Positions 12,671-24,291 of a DNA stretch of 64,000 nt are shown here, piece after piece. The position numbers were made by a program, and so were the translations under genes. This stretch comes from Nemertoderma westbladi. Taxonomy: Eukaryota > Animalia > Xenacoelomorpha. Location: the NCBI GenBank assembly GCA_032718475.1, contig JAUCBJ010007712.1:1-64000 (forward strand), read 5' to 3'. Position 1 is the first letter of the stretch. Every line of letters starts with the position of its first letter. The notes below the pieces were generated by a model, which saw only the letters and a list, made by a program, of their open reading frames with translations, was not told the DNA's origin and searched no databases.

Positions 12671-13407
12671 TATGTAGGGAGATGTTGACCCCACATTATT
12701 CTCTATGATATATTCTGGAATGATTTTATATTAATTGTACTAATTAATTATACTGTAATTACAGTATTATATTTAATTTACTGTAGCTACATTTTAACAT
12801 TGGGAGCTGTTGGCCCAAAATGATTCCCAATTAAATATTCTGGAATGCTTACAATTAAATTACTAGTCTCGCTTGTCTTGCTCTAAAAATTAGCATCGCC
12901 TCTGTGCGAATATTCTTAACATTGTTCATGCATTATTTATTGCTTTTACTTTTCTTGTTTTGTATAATTTTATTTAATAATTTATTTACTTACTATTTAA
13001 TTATTATATGTTGAAATCTATGGTAAAGTGATCTATGATTTACTACATAGTTTTTTTTTATCTGGATTCGGACAATTGCGACCCATGATTTTAGGGAAAT
13101 TTGTTGGGTCGCAATTCGGTAGGCGACTCTAGGGAAAGCGCGTGTGAAAAAACCCCAGATTTTACGTAAAAAAATTAATATTGGCTGAGTTATAGCGATT
13201 TTAAAACGCAAAATTAGCAACATCGAAAAATCAGGCCGTTTTAGGAACTTGTGCATCTGATGTCAGCCATCATAACACAGCAACAGTTGTCAAGCGCAGT
13301 TGATTGGTTAATATAAAATATAATATCTCAGTAATCTAAAATAAAACAAATAATTAATGTTGGCCCCTAGCTAAATAATTATTTGGATGTGTATTTGTGT
13401 TGTGTTA

Positions 13408-13589
13408 GGCCACGTTCACACTATGTACTACCGAGTCCAAGTCAAAAGACAAATAATGTAAAACTATTTTTCTAAAATGCCCTTTACAGTATGTATTATA
13501 TTATATTAAATAAGGTATTATTATGTATTGTTGCTAGCTACTGTATATTTATTTTCTTTTGACTTTGACTTGGTAGTGTGAACGCGGCC
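13408..13589. mobile_element. PIF/Harbinger-type MITE (182 bp)
   Basis: TTA TSD on both sides; TIRs GGCCACGTTCACACTA / GGCCGCGTTCACACTA (15/16). Confidence 0.85.
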
Positions 13590-14004
13590 TTACGGATGGA
13601 TTATAGGATAGCGGCATAGATGCAAAATGATTTATGATTTTTGAAATGATGTTTATACATATTTATTGTTAATTTTCGCATATTGCTACGGGAACTACAG
13701 TAGCTAAAATTAGCCAAAATTATAATCGTATAATTAAAAAAAAATGTTCTATAATTGTTGTATTATACCATTTTTTCCTAAAAGTATACTCTTTTCTTAG
13801 AAAATTGATCTCACCAAAAGCCATGTGAGCATCATTAAATTAGATAGAAACTGCATAAAAATAAACTTAAGTACATGATTCTATGTTAACGGCGCATTTC
13901 AGCTTGTATCTACTGTAATTTAACTACCGGTAGGACTACTGCAGACCTACTTACAGACTGCCAGACTGCAGCAATAAGGTAAACCCTATTGTTCGTTTTC
14001 AAAT

Positions 14005-14560
14005 TGGACAGACTGACTGACAGACAGACCGATAGACAGTCTGGATAGGGTCAAAAGTGAAAACTGACAGCGGAAATGAAATCCTTGACCAGGAAAACAC
14101 CCATAGGGAGAATTTTAATTAGCTAATGTGATTCCTTATATTTTTGACGGGAGACTGACAGACAGACGACAGACAGACCGACAGACAGTCTGGATAGGGT
14201 TAAAAGTGAAAACTGACAGCGGAAATGAAGTCCTTGTCCAGGAAAACCCCCATAGCAAAAATTTTAATTAGCTAATGTGATTCCTTATATTTTTGACGGA
14301 CAGACTGACCGACAGACAGACCGACTGACAGTCTGGATAGGGTGAAAAGTGAAAACTGACCTCGGAAATGAAATCCATGACCAGGAAAACTCCCTGGGTG
14401 ACGATTTTAATTAGCTAATGTGATTCCTTATATTTTTGACGGACAGACTGACAGATCGACAGACAGACCAACAGACAGTCTGGATAGGGTCAAAAGTGAA
14501 AACTGACAGCGGAAATGAAATCCTTGACCAGGAAAACCCCTATAGTGAGAATGTTAGTAG
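14005..14560 (+). repeat. Four tandem ~147-bp units separated by (GACA)n microsatellite, probably the internal array of a non-autonomous transposon
   Basis: CTGGATAGGG at 14041, 14190, 14333, 14480; conserved AAAAGTGAAAACTGAC..GGAAATGAA.TCC..ACCAGGAAAAC. Confidence 0.85.
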
Positions 14561-14989
14561 ATTTTATTATTTCTAAAGTCTTCACAGACAAACTGACAGA
14601 AGGACAGACAGACTTCAGAAATTAATGAATTAGAATTGGGCATTTGGGGATTTGAATAATTTCCAGTTAGGTACCGAAAGGGTTAAGATCTTAGTGTATT
14701 CATAAAAATGGTACAGTAGCTAGTGTTTTTAAAAATACCAACAAAAATTGTATTATTATTATGAATATCCATAGTAAAGTTGGCTTATCTTTTTTAATTT
14801 ATCAGTGAAAAGAGTCTAGTATTGAAGAAAATAAAATAACGTGATTTCTGCAACAATTTATTAAATAGATAATGAAAAAAATATACAGTAGTTGCACCGA
14901 TTCGGTCGTCCTTACCTTATGTTAGAGGCAATGAGTCCGGAAATGAAAAAAAAAACAAGGAGACCTCCTTGTAACAAGTACGAAAAATA

Positions 14990-15240
14990 GAAAAGTTAAG
15001 GTCTCACGACTCATTTCCAGTATAGACCCCACAGAACTATACTGCTTACAGGCAAAGAGATAACTGGTACTCATTTAACGACCATTTAATTAACAAAGCA
15101 AATATGCGCCCTAGTTTGGTTAGTCCCTTTAAAGCATTTGTGCCAAAATGAAAACTATCCCTGTCCGCCTGCAGGGGTAGAACCCCACGACCTCTGGAGC
15201 GATATTAATTCAAGGAAATGGATTTAAATGCTACGCTAAG
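14990..15240 (-). mobile_element. Possible degraded tRNA-derived SINE
   Basis: Minus strand has a B-box-like GAGGTCGTGGGGTTCTACCCC and, downstream, AAATGAGTACCAG resembling the conserved Nin/Deu SINE core; A-box not clear. Confidence 0.35.
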
Positions 15241-15689
15241 CTTGAAAAAATTGAATGCGCGTATTGTATTAGAACACGATCCTTAAAAATACAAAGTATG
15301 CTGTCATGTTGTTCGTTCAATATGCTCTAATTAACAATAAACACAATATTGCAATGTTCTATATTTAATATACGGAAATAAAAACCTGAAGCGAATAAAA
15401 CTGTAATAATCACTTCTGCATTATCCTTCACCAAATTAACTAAGTATAGGTACTTACTGTAGTACAGCTAGGTCTACATTGTGTGCAATGGGAAGACATG
15501 GATAAAAGTTGGTAAATATGAATCCAGGGAAATGGATAATTAAAATGGTACTGTACGTACAGTATCGGTAGTTCGTTGTGAAACACCCGGGATGCGGGAT
15601 ATCATTTAACTAAAATGTAGGTTTGTGGAACCTTTAACCTATTTTGTGGAAGCTTTGACAAGGCCGCAGGTTGTGGAAGAGCTTTGAAC

Positions 15690-16030
15690 CTGGGGAAGGT
15701 TGGGTGCAACCTTCTCCCGCGTACAACCTCTTCGCCCGCGTCCAATCTTTGCCCGCGTCCAACCTTCGCCCGGGGGAAACCTTCGCCCGCAAGGCATTCT
15801 TCGCCCAATAAGATTTGTGTTAGTAACTATTTTAGTAACCAATTGCGAGGGAGAGGAGCAGGTTACAGCAACGCTTTCACTAACCAAAACAATAAAATAT
15901 GTTGTTACCAATTGAGGGAAAGGACTAGGTTACAGAGACGGCTTTTTCTAACCAAAACTATAATTAATTATTGGGCGAAGGTTTCCGCTGAGATAGAGAA
16001 GTTTGCTGCGTACCCTGGGGAACCTTCGAC
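15690..16030. repeat. Non-autonomous element remnant with clustered CTTCGCCCG / GGGCGAAG subterminal motifs
   Basis: About 5 CTTCGCCC(G)-like motifs at 15710-15806, inverted GGGCGAAGG at ~15972, plus two copies of the 597-type module. Confidence 0.5.
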
Positions 16031-16605
16031 CCTGTAGAACCGTTGACCATCATTAGCTCAAACAAAGCAACGATTATTGTACAGCTGTAGAGCATAAGAA
16101 GAAAGAAGAGAGGGAAAATAATGATTAATCATTACTGATAAATACTTGCTTGTTATTGGCTAACAAATGTTTATAAAATTGCGTAACTCACATAATCAGC
16201 TGTTTGATATCTACAATCCTGTAAAGAAGAACAAAGTCAGAAAGTAGGTACTGTACCGGTACCAAACCATCAAAACCGGCTGACCCGTTACCCTGTACCT
16301 GTACCCTTCCTTCTGTTCTGCTGTTCTAAGTAGTAATTTACAGTACTGCAGTAGGCATGCAGGCACTATCTGATTCTGCTATTCCTGTATTCTGCAAATT
16401 CGAAATGTTACGGTATAACTTACAGACTTAGTAAATTCTGAAATATATGAGAAAAGGCAAGGACTACCTGACTACTGCAGTACTGGACTACCGGGTAGGA
16501 TTGTAGGAGTATGACGTGCAGGTATGTGTGGCATGGCAATCTGGCAATGCAGCAATGGGTAGCTGGTAGCCGTAGCGCTAAACCAGTAAACCTGTATACA
16601 GGTAT

Positions 16606-17882
16606 TGTACGCGCTTTTATAGACCTTCAGCAGTTTAACCTGCCGAAATTTATATGTCTTTATTGATAAACTGCCTTTTATAAGATGACAAGATTTAATA
16701 CAAAAACAAACCAAAAACATTAGCCGAAGCCAGTCCATGCGCGTCCAAATGACCCGTTTATAACACCGGGAGACTGGATTCGTGGGCTTAAATTTATTTG
16801 CGGTCAAGCCTACTGTATTATTCGATTGATTACTAATATATAATCTCTGACAAATATTATTCACTTTCGGGAAATATTAGCAGTTCCTTTTAGGACGCGG
16901 CGCTCTACCTATGTAAACAGAGTTATGACTGATACTACACACAACGATATGGCTTAAATTTCAAGCATAGGGCGCATTCTTTAGGAATGCTTTATTATCA
17001 GATCCAATCACTTTACAATCACGCACGCTACCGGTAACGCACAACACTGCTCACTGATATGCCGACAGTTACTGACTTTGATCAGGTATAAAGAGATATG
17101 CACTGGACTCAGGTAGTGTCTGTCAAACAACATTAGATTCACTACAAACACAATAATAAAGTCGCAATTGTTGTACATAACCTTTCTCTCTAACCTGTAG
17201 TGTATCAAAGATATTGGGAAAATGTGGGTTGATTATTGATATTCTTCAACTAATAACATCCAATTATACTGATACAAATTACAAACAGTAAAAGCAGTAT
17301 GACGGTAGGTTAAGATATAATTAGATTGCATTGAATTAAGATCGATATAAAGTGATATGAATCGAGTTGATTTGTTAATAGCGATAATAGCTATGCTTTC
17401 TATAATTTAGCCTACTAATGTTCTTACAAAAGGGCAGAAACATTGCGTCATTCCAGCCGATCTTCAGGCAGTATGGAACGACATAAACACTGAGTTTGGG
17501 AGCTGCTGTAGGTATCTCTTCAAGGAAAACGCAAATCACCCTGATTGGTTGTTAGACCAAAACAAAGGAACCAGGAGTCCAATGAGAGCTCCCTCCACGT
17601 CATCATCCAGCTGGGAGATGTCGTAATCAGAATCCTTCCCTTGACATAGTGACAGTGAAATGCCGCATTGCGGGTTATGTACCCTGCTACGTCCGCATAA
17701 AGCACACATTCAGAAGAATCTATTTTATGTCCGTTAAAAACACTTATACAGCACCCCGAGGGCTAGGGGATCCAATTATATCTGTAAACGCTTTTACAGC
17801 AGGTTTCAGAGTATTTCAGCGTATGGGGGAAAAACTGGATCGCGGGGCGAAGGACCAGTTGCATCCCACAGAAGCTTTTACA
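16606..17882 (-). repeat. 3' LTR of the BEL element
   Basis: TGTACGCG...GCTTTTACA; matches 26356-27632 at offset 9750 with no mismatch seen by eye; duplicated small ORFs in the track are identical. Confidence 0.95.
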
Positions 17883-18835
17883 CCGCTCCCAGAAAATGGG
17901 ATTGAAGTCTATAAAATATACGAGATCACAGTTTCTAATATACATAAATACTCTAAACCGTTAGTCTTTCTTGCGCGGACGGCGTTTACGCAGTTTTTTA
18001 AAGCTGGCCAGAGTCCTTTTCTCTTTGGGGCGAACCACTTTACAAGGAGGGCTATAACTCCTGGGTGAAAGGTGCAATATAATTGCATCAGAGGGTGCAG
18101 GCTTATAGTCGGGGTATCCGCCGTTTCGATATGCTTCTCCTCGAGCTGATTTTCCTCTGCTCGTCGGTGGATACATTCGTCCAAAAATCTCGCGGAGAAT
18201 AGAGTCGTCCAAGTTCGATATCTTCTTAGAGATTAGTTTAAGTTATCTGAACAAACGCAGGTTTCTTTCCTGATCTTTGTGGAATAGCGTCTAACTCGTT
18301 TCGGACAACGCTCTCCTCTACCTTGATGACGGGTGGTAGCGGGTTAAACGGGAACGATCCCGATTACACGGTTGAATGGCAACAACGGGTGTCCGTGCCT
18401 CAATCCGGCCAGGTAAGATAGGCGGATATTTAGGGAGCCATTAACCTGAGTGCCACCAACCAACGGCTCGGGCAACACTGGATCTCGGAACGGTAAGCAC
18501 AGTTCATGAGGATCCGCGATACTATTAGGATCAAGAGTCCGAGGTCTAACTAAGGAAGGAGGAGGTCTGACCGAGCATTCAGGAACTCAGATCATAGGTC
18601 TACTCAAGGATCGCCCGAGCCGAGAAAGCGTGGGTGACACATCGAACAAGTTTCTCTCGAAACTCCCGCAAACACAGCGAGCAAACCGTGTTTAAAGCTT
18701 CGTCTCCGTTGACGTTTATGTCTTTCCGTTTGTTGGTTGGTCTTAGGCATTCATCGTAATAATACCAAGACACACGTCTTGTAGGGGAAACGCGAGTGAT
18801 ATTTATTTGGTGTTACAATGCTTCTCTCAAGAATT

Positions 18836-19258
18836 CTAAATATACGTTGGAGTTACCGCGTTTATCCGCTTCTTGAACGTCTTTTCTTTCGCGTAGACTT
18901 CGCATAGAATTTTCGCATTCGAATTTAAGTTCATTGTTACGACTCCGCTGGGTAGGATATTTAAATAATACCATTTCCCTTTTGTGTTGACATAGTCCGT
19001 ATCGTGTAAGTCGATAGAATAGCAGGTAGTTAAGAAGTCCATATATATACCATTAATATGCGTATAGCGAGCGGTGAACTTGCTACAGTCCAACCCACGC
19101 GCAAGTTGCTCCTGGGACATAGGTGGTTCGATATAACTACCATCGTCCTCGGTAGTAGTTGGATCAGCTTCACCGCGTATCAAGCTATCCACAAACGCTT
19201 GTAAAGGTAGAGTATATCCCTCTCTAATACCAAGATCATCTTCTATCAACTCCGTCAT
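18836..19258 (-). CDS. Unassigned 140-aa accessory ORF in the env position of the BEL element
   Basis: ATG-initiated ORF on the element sense strand, preceded by a branch-point/acceptor-like CTAAT...ACATAACAG|AT; no recognisable domain. Confidence 0.45.
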   Translation of the reverse strand: MTELIEDDLGIREGYTLPLQAFVDSLIRGEADPTTTEDDGSYIEPPMSQEQLARGLDCSKFTARYTHINGIYMDFLTTCYSIDLHDTDYVNTKGKWYYLNILPSGVVTMNLNSNAKILCEVYAKEKTFKKRINAVTPTYI

Positions 19259-20892
19259 ATCTGTTATGTGAGTTTGCCAATATTAGAAGGAGTTTGGCTT
19301 TAGGCGAGCAGGCGTCGCTGCCTACCCCTCTCTGCCCCCGGACAGTGGGATCCTCAGCGCAGATGCACCGTTGTCGCGTGTTTACGCCAACGTTGTGGCA
19401 ACAGCACGACAACGATAACCGGCACAAGTCACTCCACTGTCCGTCCCAAAGTCTTGAAATCACTTGAGGTTCTTGCTATGGGAGAGTTGGGCTACTTTAC
19501 AATTGCGACTAGCTACGGTAAACACACTTTAGCAGTAACATTCACCTACAAACGCACAAATTCCACACAACAGCTACCAACTACAATCATACAGGCCACT
19601 TGTCCGTTAGTCAGTGCTTTCCAAAATGTCACGTTGTTATTGTGTATCCTTGGATACCAACAGTGTGCTATGTAATCACTATGCTAGGCAATGGGCAAGC
19701 TTTCTATTGTTCTGTTAACTCGTTTCTAATTCTGTTAACTCGTTTCTAATTCTAGCGTGGGTGTTGCTATGGTGACATTATGTAAAGCTAGCGGTAGAAT
19801 TAGGGTAATTCTCATGCATACAGATCTGGGATGCTGTTTGATAGTAAGTCTTTAATTGTCAAGATCCTCTTTATACATGATTTTATGAATTTTGTCGGCT
19901 ATTGACTATATGTTGGAGATTCTTGCACTCTAATACACTCAATAGGATTAATCTCCGCTCCCGTGATCTATTAATTAGTGGAATTTTGGGAATATTAGAA
20001 ATTGTGCAAAATGACAATTTATTAAATTCATAAAATATGAATTTTAAATTTATTCCCGTGAATTTTATTATTTGATGGTAAGATTGACACAATTTTGATT
20101 CCAGAACATATCTGGGGACATAAGATCCTTAATTCTATAAAATGGTCTTTTAAGAATACCGGTAAGTGCTACGATATCTTAATTAACTAGAAATTTTAAA
20201 GGATCTGAATTTGACAGATTTTAATAAATATTAAATTAATATTTAAGATGGGCACCGATTTATTCCAGAACTTGTCTGGGGACGTTAACCACTGATTCTA
20301 GAATTTGTCTTTCAAGTATATCGGTGGGTGCCACGATATCTTAATCGACTAGAATTACAGATGGTCAAAAGTTTAACAGATTTATTTGCGTTTTACGCTA
20401 CTGTTAAAGGGACATCACGCTACTATATGTATTATTTAATATAGGTAGAAGAGCAATATCGCACAAGGCAATGTCAGTGTGAAGAGGCAAGTCGTTTCCA
20501 AGGTCTACCCAGAGCTTGGTTTAGCCGAGACACGAGGATCTGAACTTTGCATTCCTAATACTCTGCCTACCAATAGTACTGAAAATATAGTAGTGGCTTT
20601 ATTGTACTTTAATAAGTACGGACATTTCATCTTACTGTAGTCTCGCATTTATAATATAATACGGACAGTAAGGAAAGAGAAAATAATTATTTCTCGCCGT
20701 CGCACTAAGTATATTATGTAATTACGTAATAAACACTAATATATTGCACTAATCTACTAAATAATCTAAAATAACACTCTACTAAATAAAATTAAATAAA
20801 ACGATTATAATAAAATACATAGTAATACATACATAAATATAAAATAAAAACAAATATAAAATAATATAGTCACACACCCACTCCATATATTA

Positions 20893-23800
20893 TTACGTGA
20901 TGGAGTCCCTAGATATTTGTCGAATTAGGGAAGTGGTCGTAGGAAGAGTATCTTGCCTTCCATGGTTTCCGGACAGTTTTCGGTCTCTTCCCGGTAAACC
21001 TAAACGACCAGCTGGGCGATTAGGCCGTCGTGATATTTCCTCCGCTCCCTTGGCCTGTCTAATCTCCGCCGCGGCAAGACGAGGAGGCCATTCTTCTTCT
21101 TCTTTACTTAGGGAGTCGGGTCCACCCAACCAGCCGGGAGTATCTATCCGTTCTTGAGGAGTTACTCCTCTGGAAGCGATGTCGGCTAGATTAATCGTCT
21201 CGGGTCGATGTCTCCATTGATCTACATTGGAGTTGATATCGTCGCTATCTGAGGAGTATGTTGTTCCCTCAGTGGCTTCGTCCACCTCACTGCTCTCCTC
21301 TTCCCAAGCTTTTACTTGAAGTATCCGGTCTTGTGGCAGTCTTTCTTCAAGGGTTCTGCGGGAAGGGCCAGTGAAGTACCAACCTACTCGAGTTCTTACC
21401 GCATAAGGTTGTAATGGCTGCGGTTGAGCAGGCCGTTTCTCTAACGTCTCGAGCGCCTCATGCGCGTTTTGGCCGATAAGGATTTGTACTCCAGGATAAT
21501 CAGTTTGGAATCGAGGTATTCCCAAATGTTGGATGTTCTCGTCCTCGTCCCAGTCATAAGGTTCTACTTGAGTAGTAGCGAAGTTCTTTATTGCCACCAT
21601 TTTTACTGACTCTATACTTTGTTCCCCTAATTTATCCTGTGGAGTGGACAATGCGCCGATATAATAATCTGCCATTAAGGTAGATTTCCAAACCTGCATA
21701 ATTCCGGACATATTTAACTTAGTTCGGAATTTGGGTTGTCCAGCAAAAATATCCTCGGCTAACTCCTTGTCGATGAATGTTCCGGTGCTACCTGAGTCAA
21801 GGAGGGCGTTCACTATGTAACTTTTGTTGGGACCGTGAACTCTTACCTGGACTACCGGAAATTCTCGTATTCCTATGTTGGATGTTGGAGTTTTCCGAGA
21901 TGGTTGCTTGTCCAAGGAGGTTGATGGAAACTCCGTGTCGTTGTCCTTTTCGTACGTAAGTGCTCGATACACTGCGGTGTTTATTAGATAACAGGATTCG
22001 TTGGCATCAGAGAATTCGTCAGTATAGAATCCTTCCCACTCAGAACTTTGGTCAGTGTCGTTCACATCACTGAATTGGACATGTGATTTGGGCTCACTTA
22101 CCTGACTCGGGTGGTTTCGTTCGAATTCTGTGTGCAATAAGCTATGATGTTTCGCGCCGCACTTAGCACACCTTGCGTTATAGTAACAGGTTCGCCGCTG
22201 GTGTCCGCGTCTGAGACAGTTAGAACACAACCGCTTATCCCACAGGACTCCACGTCTACCTGCCAGGGATTTCTTTAGGAATTCTGCACACACCCTCAAA
22301 CGGTGGGGCCCGTCGCACAGCGCACATTTTGGTTTGATGTTACTCACTTTAACTTGGGCAATGTTATGCACTTTGGTTCTTTCTTCGGGCTTTCTTACCT
22401 GAATTCTTTTGGGAGACTGAGGAGGGGTCTTAGTGAGCTTGTCTCTCCTATCATTGGTTCGAGGCTGGTATTTACTTACGTCTCTCAGGGTTTTGTGGTC
22501 ATCGTAAGATCTTGCTGTGTCTTTCCCGCTGTCCTCTTCATGGGAGGTCTGGCTTTCGCCGTCGTCAGTATAACATACGGGTATTATTCTTTTCCTAGAA
22601 ACGGGTTTTTCACTTACCTGATTTTCCGATGTTTTTTCCCTGGATTGCTTTATTAGTTGTAGTTTGACCTCACGGTCTAGGAATGACATGAGATCCGCCA
22701 TGGTGGGGCTCCGTCGTTGTTGCTCCATCATATACAACACTTTCTTGTCCCAACGTGTACATACTCCCCCCTTTGGCAAAGTAGAGACAATGGCTCCGAT
22801 AACCATGGAACTCTGATATTCATGGGACTTACCTAACCAATCCAATTGCCTACAGATTTCTTGAATCTCATCGGAAAACTCTATAATCTCGTTACTAAGG
22901 AACTTTCGGGGAGCTACCAGTTTTGCATACAAATACTTAGCGATGTTATCCTTATTACCATACCTGATGTTTAGGGTATCCCAAACTTGTCTTAATCCAT
23001 CTGGATGTCCAATAAACTTTAACGCCATTAACTTGGGAGATCCTTCCAAACACTCGATGAGGTATCTAAGTTTCTCTCCGTTAGATAGCACAGAGTTCTG
23101 TATGTTATCTTTGTAATATTCATTAAAAGGTAACCATTTCATCTCATCTCCATTGAATTTGACGATTTCTCCCTCTTTGACCGCTTGGCGGGCTTCTGTT
23201 CTAGCCATTTGACGCGTAAAGCTTTCTTGGGCCATCGTGTTATTAAATATCGAATTATCGGTATATAAATTTCTCGAATTATTATCAGGTCTATAGGGAA
23301 TATCATTACCAACAGGTTTATAATCTCCCTTAATAGGGTTTACTATAGGAGTTTCTACTTCGCTAGCAGTATATACGCGTGTAGGCGACACACCTTGCGC
23401 ATGATATACTTCAGACCTAACAGGTTGACACATGGTTACAGGGGGTGTTTCTACTTCGCTAGCAGTATATATGCGTGTAGGCGACACACCTTGCGCATGA
23501 TATACTTCAGACCTAACAGGTTGACGCATGGTTACAGGGGGTGTTGGTATACCCCTTTGTAAATTTACTAACTTATCGCATTCTGACGCGATACTCTGTT
23601 GCACCTCTTGCAATGCTAACCTACTTTCCCTTACTGTGCCCTTGAACTGCTTAACAGTCTCTTCCAACTCCCGGACCTGCTGGGAGGAGCACAAACAGTG
23701 TTCCCTCAGCTGCTCGAGCAGGAGACCCATCTCCCGTCGCCCCTCAGCTACCCACTCGACCGCCGAAGCGGGAGTCGCCAACGTAGTGGCGGGCGAGCGA

Positions 23801-24291
23801 GAGACGACGGGCGATAAATTCTTGATATCATCTCGCTCGGCGTCCAGGATGGGTTCAGACTCGGGAACAGTCCTACTGGGCACAGGTATTTTAGTACTGT
23901 GCAAAGGGAATTTGGTAGTAGGTTTGGGAAGTACAGGTGTCTCTATCACCGAAGGGGTGTTTTCGAGAACAGGCCTAATTATTTCCGGTTCATCTACCAT
24001 AGTAGGGAGTCTGCTTACGGTAACATTTCGGTCTGTGGGTTCTGTACTACCTACGGCTGTGCTAGCTAGTTGTCTTCCAACAGCTGGAGGCAAATCAGGC
24101 AACTTCCGACGGGGAGACGTTCTGTTACGCCTACTGAGACGAGATCTATTTCCTCCACCTTCGGGATCTTTTATATCACCTTCATCGGAGGAGGCAAATC
24201 CCTGTCTTCTGATTTGTCTCCTCAAGTCTGCTTCTGCCACTGCCTCTGCCGCTTTTCTTTCCGCTTCTGCTGTTGCCATTGCCTCTGCCAC
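20893..24291 (-). CDS. BEL/Pao Gag-aspartic protease polyprotein with deleted pol (first ATG at 24279)
   Basis: DUF1759-like KFNGDEMKWLPF...EKLRYL..CLEG...WDTLNIRYG; triple Cys-His knuckle CALCDGPHRLRVC / CSNCLRRGHQRRTC / CAKCGAKHHSLLH; protease ALLDSGSTGTFI, ILIG, AVRTRVGW; then only the RNase H tail QWRH..INLADIASRG..WLGGP..L..EEWP. Confidence 0.92.
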   Translation of the reverse strand: MAEAMATAEAERKAAEAVAEADLRRQIRRQGFASSDEGDIKDPEGGGNRSRLSRRNRTSPRRKLPDLPPAVGRQLASTAVGSTEPTDRNVTVSRLPTMVDEPEIIRPVLENTPSVIETPVLPKPTTKFPLHSTKIPVPSRTVPESEPILDAERDDIKNLSPVVSRSPATTLATPASAVEWVAEGRREMGLLLEQLREHCLCSSQQVRELEETVKQFKGTVRESRLALQEVQQSIASECDKLVNLQRGIPTPPVTMRQPVRSEVYHAQGVSPTRIYTASEVETPPVTMCQPVRSEVYHAQGVSPTRVYTASEVETPIVNPIKGDYKPVGNDIPYRPDNNSRNLYTDNSIFNNTMAQESFTRQMARTEARQAVKEGEIVKFNGDEMKWLPFNEYYKDNIQNSVLSNGEKLRYLIECLEGSPKLMALKFIGHPDGLRQVWDTLNIRYGNKDNIAKYLYAKLVAPRKFLSNEIIEFSDEIQEICRQLDWLGKSHEYQSSMVIGAIVSTLPKGGVCTRWDKKVLYMMEQQRRSPTMADLMSFLDREVKLQLIKQSREKTSENQVSEKPVSRKRIIPVCYTDDGESQTSHEEDSGKDTARSYDDHKTLRDVSKYQPRTNDRRDKLTKTPPQSPKRIQVRKPEERTKVHNIAQVKVSNIKPKCALCDGPHRLRVCAEFLKKSLAGRRGVLWDKRLCSNCLRRGHQRRTCYYNARCAKCGAKHHSLLHTEFERNHPSQVSEPKSHVQFSDVNDTDQSSEWEGFYTDEFSDANESCYLINTAVYRALTYEKDNDTEFPSTSLDKQPSRKTPTSNIGIREFPVVQVRVHGPNKSYIVNALLDSGSTGTFIDKELAEDIFAGQPKFRTKLNMSGIMQVWKSTLMADYYIGALSTPQDKLGEQSIESVKMVAIKNFATTQVEPYDWDEDENIQHLGIPRFQTDYPGVQILIGQNAHEALETLEKRPAQPQPLQPYAVRTRVGWYFTGPSRRTLEERLPQDRILQVKAWEEESSEVDEATEGTTYSSDSDDINSNVDQWRHRPETINLADIASRGVTPQERIDTPGWLGGPDSLSKEEEEWPPRLAAAEIRQAKGAEEISRRPNRPAGRLGLPGRDRKLSGNHGRQDTLPTTTSLIRQISRDSIT

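Noticed and set aside
16472-18068. Small ORFs duplicated at 26327-27770
   Set aside because: They lie in the LTRs and are duplicated only because the LTRs are
18836-19258. Env gene interpretation of the accessory ORF
   Set aside because: No signal peptide, furin site with fusion peptide, or transmembrane segment is visible
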